A program made the translations under genes and the position numbers. The notes under the pieces are model-generated. The model saw nothing but the letters and a program-made list of their open reading frames with translations. It was not told the DNA's origin and searched no databases. Below are positions 58,228 through 64,000 of a stretch of 64,000 nt of DNA, in pieces. This stretch comes from a virus. Lineage: Duplodnaviria; Caudoviricetes. The stretch is taken from IMG/VR virus record IMGVR_UViG_3300033463_000010, positions 32,001 to 96,000 of that record, one strand, 5' to 3'. Position 1 is the first letter of the stretch, and each line of letters opens with the position of its first letter.

Positions 58228-58662
58228 ATGCTTGACACCGAATACGAAGACAAGCCGATTAAGACAGCCGAAGATTGGATAGAATACATTAAGCGTTACA
58301 AGCAGCGTAACGGCAGCAAGCTACCCGTAGCTATTGCCGTCCCGACAAAAGATTTCCTGGCTCTTGTGAACGACTTCAAGCAGGTGTGCGACTCCAATAA
58401 TAGCCGTCGTGCAAAAATCGCTCCCCTTGAAAGCAAGCTGTATCACGACGTATGGAATTTTGCCGTGTGCAAGGCGAAGCGTTGTGTGAAGTCCGAGGGC
58501 TGTCGCTGCTATTGCAGGCTCCGCTATTCCTGTAAGCACAGCGAATGGGCTTACCGCAGGGGTAACGTTCCGACGGAAGATTTCTTTGAAAAGTTTAAGG
58601 GACCGACAAATCACCACGGGGACTATTGGACCCGCAGACAGGAGGAACCCGCCAATGACTAA
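58228..58662 (+). CDS. Hypothetical Cys-containing protein
   Basis: AGGAGG RBS. Confidence 0.65.
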   Translation: MLDTEYEDKPIKTAEDWIEYIKRYKQRNGSKLPVAIAVPTKDFLALVNDFKQVCDSNNSRRAKIAPLESKLYHDVWNFAVCKAKRCVKSEGCRCYCRLRYSCKHSEWAYRRGNVPTEDFFEKFKGPTNHHGDYWTRRQEEPAND

Positions 58663-58840
58663 AGACGAACCGTTAAAGTTCTTTAAGCCCGCTAACGGTG
58701 TTGCGACTATCCGCATTATCGGGGATTTGGTTAAGGATTGCCCGATGTATAACTTTTGGAAATCCGACGACCACGGGTGCCTTGACCGCAAGCAGAAACT
58801 TGCGAATGCCGAACCCGTTGAATGCGAAGTCTTGGAATAG
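58655..58840 (+). CDS. Small hypothetical protein
   Basis: AGGAGG RBS, overlap with previous gene. Confidence 0.6.
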   Translation: MTKDEPLKFFKPANGVATIRIIGDLVKDCPMYNFWKSDDHGCLDRKQKLANAEPVECEVLE

Positions 58841-58850
58841 GTGGCTGACT

Positions 58851-59033
58851 ATGCAGGCTGAATATAACTTGAAGCTGACCTGGGACGAAATAAATTGGCT
58901 GCGAAACGTGGTCCGTGAGAAGCGTGATTTCTACAAGAATGCGTCCCACATAAACTACAAGGTTGAAACGGAACGCTCAAAGTCCGTTTCGGCTAAAATT
59001 GAAAATACAATGTATCCGTGTTTCGGGGATTAG
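58851..59033 (+). CDS. Small hypothetical protein
   Basis: MQAEYNLKLTWDE; operon packing. Confidence 0.55.
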   Translation: MQAEYNLKLTWDEINWLRNVVREKRDFYKNASHINYKVETERSKSVSAKIENTMYPCFGD

Positions 59034-59036
59034 TCT

Positions 59037-59285
59037 ATGGAAAAGAATTTTAGGACATTTGGTTGGGAGTCCCGTTGGGACGACAAGTGCTTTGAATATC
59101 TCAAGGACGCTAACGTGTCGTTCCATAAGTGGTGGCAGGATGAATTTGAGGAACCCGCAGAACCGCAGGAACGCCAGGAACCGCAGACCGCCAGGGAAAA
59201 GTTGGAACAGGCAGAAGTAGCCGAATACGAAGTCCTGGACGATTCGTCTATGGGCTGCTCTGCATTACTTTGTTTTGGGAACTAA
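59037..59285 (+). CDS. Small hypothetical protein
   Basis: Operon packing. Confidence 0.6.
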   Translation: MEKNFRTFGWESRWDDKCFEYLKDANVSFHKWWQDEFEEPAEPQERQEPQTAREKLEQAEVAEYEVLDDSSMGCSALLCFGN

Positions 59286-59288
59286 TTT

Positions 59289-59909
59289 ATGAACAGACCG
59301 ATTTACAAGAACGACGCTTCGGGTTCCTACGAAGTCACGAACATTCTGTTTTACTCGCCCGAAAAGTATTCAGTTTGGAACCTCGCTAACCTGGCTAACT
59401 ACATATACGACCTGCATTTTTCTCACGGGTGCGTTGGCGGGTATTGCCGTTTTACGTTCTACAACGCTACTGACTTTATCCTGGACGAACTGTATCTAGG
59501 CAAGACGGCAGTTATGCAGGTTGTCTTGTCTAACGGTAAGGTTGACGAATACAACTTGTCGCTGCACCACAATCGCACGTATAGGACTACCGACGGTAAG
59601 CTATCCTTTACTGCTTTGGAATGCAGCTATTCGCCAAAGGACCCGAAGACGAAATCCGCTATGCCGAAAGTCCCTACCGTCCTGCTTTCCGCAGACGATT
59701 GCAGCAGGACGTATAAGATCCTGGAAGACATTACCGTTCCTGTGGACGCAGAAAAGGCTATGCAGCCCGTTACAAAGAAGTTGTCAACGTTGGATTTCGC
59801 TATGGCGTATGCGAAGTCTGCACTGCAAGCCTATACGTGGGCAAAGGTTGAAGTCGCCCCGATTGACGAACCGCTTTTCAAATACGCTGTAACGATTTCT
59901 AAAAAGTGA
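59289..59909 (+). CDS. Hypothetical protein
   Basis: Operon packing. Confidence 0.65.
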   Translation: MNRPIYKNDASGSYEVTNILFYSPEKYSVWNLANLANYIYDLHFSHGCVGGYCRFTFYNATDFILDELYLGKTAVMQVVLSNGKVDEYNLSLHHNRTYRTTDGKLSFTALECSYSPKDPKTKSAMPKVPTVLLSADDCSRTYKILEDITVPVDAEKAMQPVTKKLSTLDFAMAYAKSALQAYTWAKVEVAPIDEPLFKYAVTISKK

Positions 59910-59916
59910 GGACTGT

Positions 59917-60180
59917 ATGGCATTCCCGAAAGGATATGGATTTTACGGCTCTTGTGCGTTTTGTCCCTGTAACAAGGAATGCGACCAGGGTAGGCACTGC
60001 AAGATTTTTACGAAAGCCAATCCCGACAAGTTAAACAAGCCTCGAACTCTGCATTATGTTTTAAGGACCGACAAGGAAAACTACACGGTTACGGACTTGC
60101 TTTTGCGGGGCGTGGTGTGGACCCTGCGTTTTGCTATCGGTGCCTTGATTGCTTACTTTATTTACGATAGAACAAAGTAA
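59917..60180 (+). CDS. Small Cys-rich protein with C-terminal TM helix
   Basis: CAFCPC..ECD...C; hydrophobic C-terminus. Confidence 0.6.
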   Translation: MAFPKGYGFYGSCAFCPCNKECDQGRHCKIFTKANPDKLNKPRTLHYVLRTDKENYTVTDLLLRGVVWTLRFAIGALIAYFIYDRTK

Positions 60181-60189
60181 AGGATTTTT

Positions 60190-60963
60190 ATGGACGAACT
60201 TGAAAAAGAAACTGAAGGTATGGGGGCGAAGAACGTCCCCGAAGTAGGGAAAGTTTACCACGTATTTGACGACGGCAAGATTACGCTTATGCGTCATTTC
60301 CTGGTGAAGTGCAAGGAAGTAATCCCGTTTAAGAAACTTTCAACGGACCCGAACTACAAGAAACTCTACGAAAGTTGGCAGGAAACCGTAAAGGAAATTG
60401 ATTGGGTATTCAGCCCCGAAACCGATTACGTCGCCTGGTGTGAACTGTTTGACGAAGACACGAACGAAGTCGTCCCGAACGAAGAACCGCTTTATTACGC
60501 ACGGACAAAGTATTGGGAGTGGTTCGGCTTCGGGACTATGCTTGACGACGGCAGGGTGAAACTGTTGGAAGCCCACGCCAGGACCTTGCAGGACACCGTG
60601 AACAGCCTGCAAGCAGACCTGGAACAAGCCCGCATTTTTATCAAGGCTTTGGACGTTAAGAAGTTGGTTGCGGAACGTGACAGCCTATCCAGGCAGAATG
60701 AAGAACTAATCGCAGAAGTTGAAGACTACAAAGAGAAGTATTGCAAGTGGCACAACTTTACGCAGGATATTTGCACAGTGTTCGGGGACTCAACCTACAC
60801 CTACGTGGCTATGGAGGGTTGGTTGAAGAAAATGTGCGATGCCGACGTTTTGGACCGCTACCTGGCTTTGGCTGACGACGTATGCAAACGTCTGCTGAAA
60901 GTCAAGCCCCACGAATGGGAAGACCCCGTTTGCAAAAAGAGCAAGAGCCTGTGTAGCTTTTGA
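60190..60963 (+). CDS. Hypothetical protein, apparent two-part fusion
   Basis: PEVGKVYHVFDDGK domain followed abruptly by a coiled coil. Confidence 0.65.
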   Translation: MDELEKETEGMGAKNVPEVGKVYHVFDDGKITLMRHFLVKCKEVIPFKKLSTDPNYKKLYESWQETVKEIDWVFSPETDYVAWCELFDEDTNEVVPNEEPLYYARTKYWEWFGFGTMLDDGRVKLLEAHARTLQDTVNSLQADLEQARIFIKALDVKKLVAERDSLSRQNEELIAEVEDYKEKYCKWHNFTQDICTVFGDSTYTYVAMEGWLKKMCDADVLDRYLALADDVCKRLLKVKPHEWEDPVCKKSKSLCSF

Positions 60964-60982
60964 CGAAAAATAAACTATATTT

Positions 60983-61116
60983 GTAGTCAAGTGTTTAAGC
61001 CTGCGGGTGACTTCGCTAGTGTAGGCACCCTTGTCCACCTGCCTAGCGGACATACCCCGTATAGCACACTACCTTACGCAACGCCCCTGCGGACTAACAC
61101 ACCGCAGGGGTATTTT
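60983..61116 (+). ncRNA. Candidate structured small RNA with terminator
   Basis: TATATT upstream; CGCTAG/CTAGCG stem; terminator CCCCTGCGG/CCGCAGGGG-TATTTT. Confidence 0.3.
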
Positions 61117-61136
61117 AATTATTTTACAATTTGCTA

Positions 61137-61165
61137 TTGACAACTATCGGGTAATTTGTTATATT
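61137..61165 (+). promoter_or_regulatory. Repeated phage promoter
   Basis: TTGACA-17-TATATT with GGTAATTTGT. Confidence 0.85.
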
Positions 61166-61199
61166 TGGGGTAGAAACCACTTAAACCGAGGATAGCTGA

Positions 61200-61394
61200 A
61201 TGAACCCACACGAACACGCCTTTGAATTTTGCCTGTATATCCAACAGTGCGGACGTGCCGTCCCTGCACGTTTCTTTACAGTAAAGGGCGAAGACTCCGA
61301 AGACGCTGCTATCACTGCCGAAGAAAAGGGGCAGCGTATCTGTAAGCGTAACAAGTGGAACTACGGGGGCGTGGAATGCTGTGGTTTGGCGTAG
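61200..61394 (+). CDS. Small early protein
   Basis: ACCGAGGA RBS. Confidence 0.65.
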   Translation: MNPHEHAFEFCLYIQQCGRAVPARFFTVKGEDSEDAAITAEEKGQRICKRNKWNYGGVECCGLA

Positions 61395-61457
61395 TCGCCA
61401 GGTAACGCACCCGCTGAAAATAATCTATATTCCGATAAACAACAAAATGGAGTTTTT

Positions 61458-61592
61458 ATGCAGAAGTGTTCTATGCAGAAGAAGATTGAAAGCCTTCGCA
61501 AGAAAAGCGAAACGGTTGATGACGAAGGGCTGACCTTTTCGTATGATGGCGTGAACGTTATGGTCCACGAAGGTCATTACACCCGTAAGTAG
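61458..61592 (+). CDS. 44-aa ORF carrying a class II leader (not in the ORF track)
   Basis: GGAG RBS; MQKCSMQKKIESLRKKSETVDDEG... Confidence 0.6.
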   Translation: MQKCSMQKKIESLRKKSETVDDEGLTFSYDGVNVMVHEGHYTRK

Positions 61593-61609
61593 TTGCAGTG
61601 GGCACGGCT

Positions 61610-62167
61610 ATGAGTTACTTTTCAAAAGATGCCTACGACCGCAAGCGGGAATACGCTTACAGAACGTCTGCCGACGGTGTTGAGCGGATTGCGTCCTACA
61701 TTGTAGCCAATACGATGCAGCCCGACGACCCCGACGCAGAACAGCGTATGGACGAACTTGTGGAAGAATTGCAGCCCATCGCAGAACTGTCGCATAAGCG
61801 TCACGAAATCCATTCCACGAACCCGCAGCACTTCGCCAACGACATATCGTTGCTTACCGAGGTGGGCAATGAATACTCCGACGGGTGCTTGATTGATACC
61901 GTGGAAGAACTCAACCGCAAATACTCCCTGGTTCCCGAAGGCATTCCCTACATAGGGGATGTTCTTGTTTCTCCCGAATCGGACACCACCGAAGAAATCC
62001 TGGATTACTACGGCAAGGAACCTACGGGCGACGAAGATGCCGACCGCAACACTGCCGTGGACCTGGTTGTTGAGGATTGGTCCAACGTCATAAACACCTG
62101 GAGTTCTGCCGTCCGTGCGTGGTTCGGGAAACTGAATCGGAAGGTCGGCTCCGACTTCCCCGACTAA
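61610..62167 (+). CDS. Acidic hypothetical protein
   Basis: MSYFSKDAYDRKREYA; followed by a terminator at about 62191-62216. Confidence 0.7.
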   Translation: MSYFSKDAYDRKREYAYRTSADGVERIASYIVANTMQPDDPDAEQRMDELVEELQPIAELSHKRHEIHSTNPQHFANDISLLTEVGNEYSDGCLIDTVEELNRKYSLVPEGIPYIGDVLVSPESDTTEEILDYYGKEPTGDEDADRNTAVDLVVEDWSNVINTWSSAVRAWFGKLNRKVGSDFPD

Positions 62168-62233
62168 TCAGCCGAATCCTGCGAACTTTAAGCCCCGACC
62201 GCCCGTCGGGGTTTTTGTTATACAAAAATTTTT

Positions 62234-62273
62234 CAAATTACCTATTGACAACTATTAGGTAATTTGTTATATT
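62234..62273 (+). promoter_or_regulatory. Repeated promoter with perfect palindrome around -35
   Basis: CAAATTACCTA-TTGACAACTAT-TAGGTAATTTG-T-TATATT. Confidence 0.9.
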
Positions 62274-62309
62274 TACCACAGAACCACATAAAACCGAGGA
62301 TAGTTTCCT

Positions 62310-62657
62310 ATGTGCAAGTATTGTGAGAAGTCCACGGACTTCATTGTTGACCCGTCCTACTACGACGACCTTGAAGACAATCCGTCTATCACTCCCGAAG
62401 ACAGGCAGAAGATTACGGGCTGCTACCCGCTCATAAAGGACGGGGACCCTGGACCGCTGTTCAATCCTCCGCTAGGGACAATGCTCCGTCGTATGGGCAG
62501 CAGCGACGAAGACGGCAGACCCCTGGAAGAAAAGGACCGTGTTGTTTGGCTAGACGGTAACAAACTCTATGCAGAAACTAGCCGTCGTGAGTATGGCGAA
62601 CGCTGCGTTGAAATCAAGTTTTGCCCTATGTGTGGCAAGGAACTCAAAAAGGAATGA
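62310..62657 (+). CDS. Small zinc-binding protein
   Basis: CKYC...IKFCPMCGKEL. Confidence 0.75.
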   Translation: MCKYCEKSTDFIVDPSYYDDLEDNPSITPEDRQKITGCYPLIKDGDPGPLFNPPLGTMLRRMGSSDEDGRPLEEKDRVVWLDGNKLYAETSRREYGERCVEIKFCPMCGKELKKE

Positions 62658-62660
62658 CCT

Positions 62661-62921
62661 ATGACCGATAAATTTCAAAGAGTATCTACACTTAAAGAAG
62701 CGAAAGCCCTGGGTTGCTTAATTCAAAGATTCTACCTGGACCGCAAGCCCGACAAGAAGGGTCGTCTGCGTTACGTGTATCACTTCTGCACTGAAAAAGG
62801 AACACTCCTGGGAATATCAAAAATCGTCACGCAGAAAGCCTCGTCCCTTATTTGGCGTAACGACCGTGCATACTATCTAGGGACCGACGGGAAGCTGCAC
62901 GGGATTGTCCGTAGCCGTTAA
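62661..62921 (+). CDS. Small basic hypothetical protein
   Basis: Operon packing. Confidence 0.6.
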   Translation: MTDKFQRVSTLKEAKALGCLIQRFYLDRKPDKKGRLRYVYHFCTEKGTLLGISKIVTQKASSLIWRNDRAYYLGTDGKLHGIVRSR

Positions 62922-63408
62922 AACCAGGTTCTTTCCGCAGCCCCTTATATTCACGCCTATTCACAAGGTTACTATGAAACTCACTACAAAGAAATTCTCA
63001 AAGGAAACGATTAAGAAATACACCGTCCAAAGCAAGTTACCGCTGTCAAGCCTACAGACTTTGGATTGGAACCCGAACCTTAACAAGACGCAGCGTAAGG
63101 CTGTCGTGAAAGAAGTCAAGCGTTTGTTGGCAGGCTCCGTCGTGTATTTTAGCGAAGCCCTGCTCCCCGACAAGACCACAGGCGTTGCCTACCTTACGCC
63201 CTTTAACGTATTTTGGCAGGGTAACAGCCTGTGCGTTTCGGGTGAGTTTATCTTTATCCATAAGGACAAAGCTGTGCTGTCCGTATTCAAGACCTGCGAA
63301 ACTAACTATGTCATTCCCGAAATCGTGGTCCACACGGTTACTTACCAGGACTTCACCGATATGCTAGGGAAGCGTTACAAGCAACTCACACCGAAGGCAA
63401 AGTTCTAA
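62905..63408 (+). CDS. Hypothetical protein, start uncertain
   Basis: Open frame; alternative ATG at 62974. Confidence 0.6.
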   Translation: MSVAVKTRFFPQPLIFTPIHKVTMKLTTKKFSKETIKKYTVQSKLPLSSLQTLDWNPNLNKTQRKAVVKEVKRLLAGSVVYFSEALLPDKTTGVAYLTPFNVFWQGNSLCVSGEFIFIHKDKAVLSVFKTCETNYVIPEIVVHTVTYQDFTDMLGKRYKQLTPKAKF

Positions 63409-63854
63409 TGGCTAAACGCACCTGGACCGACGAAGAAATCGCCCTGCTAGCACAGCACAAGGTCCCGCAGGGACGTTCCCTTAACGCTGCCCGCATTAAG
63501 GCGTGGGAGCTGCATATACCGTTCCGTCCGAACGACCCAAACGCAGAACCCACGGTCCCGCCACGGAACCCGATACAGGTCCCGACCTGGACCGACGACG
63601 ACCTGTCTATGCTTCAAGAAAAGGTGCTGCCCCCGAACCGAACATTGAGTGCTGCATACAGCAAGGCTAACCGTATGCACGTCCCGTTCAACCGAATCCG
63701 AAAGCAGAAGACCCCGCAGAAAGAAAAGGTGGCACTGCTCAAGGAACAGATAGTCCAGGAACTTAAAACCGAACACAGCATACGTTCAACCGCCCACAAG
63801 TTCGGATTGGCGTTCACGGCTGTCCGTAACATAGCCCAGGAACTTAAATCTTAA
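63408..63854 (+). CDS. Putative DNA-binding protein (two Myb-like WTxE/D repeats plus HTH)
   Basis: WTDEEIALL, WTDDDLSML, SIRSTAHKFGLAFTAVRNI. Confidence 0.65.
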   Translation: MAKRTWTDEEIALLAQHKVPQGRSLNAARIKAWELHIPFRPNDPNAEPTVPPRNPIQVPTWTDDDLSMLQEKVLPPNRTLSAAYSKANRMHVPFNRIRKQKTPQKEKVALLKEQIVQELKTEHSIRSTAHKFGLAFTAVRNIAQELKS

Positions 63855-64000
63855 AGGAACCTATCAATGCAATACACAGAAACAATCTCTATCCCGTGGC
63901 ACACCTTTGCGGACGAAAAGCCCCGTTCCAACAAGGATATTGTAGTTAAGCCTTACGGGGCTAATACGTTCTTTGCACCCAAAGACATTATTCACGCAGA

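Noticed and set aside
1-64000. tRNA genes, reverse transcriptase/DGR, integrase, portal, terminase; a specific host call
   Set aside because: No supporting motifs seen. Codon style and the lipobox suggested a Fibrobacter-like diderm host, but this cannot be supported without a search

Overview
A 64-kb segment of a large myovirus-type (T4-like architecture) dsDNA phage genome, almost entirely + strand. It holds thyX, a lysis-like cassette, baseplate/fibre genes, neck, prohead protease, scaffold, major capsid, tail sheath/tube, chaperone and tape measure, then a block of small genes behind strong sigma70-type promoters (about 53-64 kb). No portal, terminase, polymerase, tRNA, rRNA or CRISPR array was recognised. 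Selfish elements are four transposase-less TnpB-like nucleases and one HNH-NUMOD3 endonuclease. The main candidate system is a set of about 15 genes around the protease/capsid locus. They share two short N-terminal leaders (K-I-x-[VIL]-H-E-[SA] and C-S-M-Q-K-K-K-E-S-[LF]) and internal ESKK[SN]E linkers between unrelated, mostly acidic domains. This suggests a capsid-targeted, protease-processed polyprotein payload, and one member resembles T3 SAM lyase. Also seen are a covarying palindrome enclosing the -35 box of the early promoters, a prfB-like +1 frameshift site before the tape measure gene, an RNA element overlapping the 3' end of two TnpB paralogues, and strong avoidance of palindromic 4-mers. 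All family assignments come from motif recognition by eye, not from searches.
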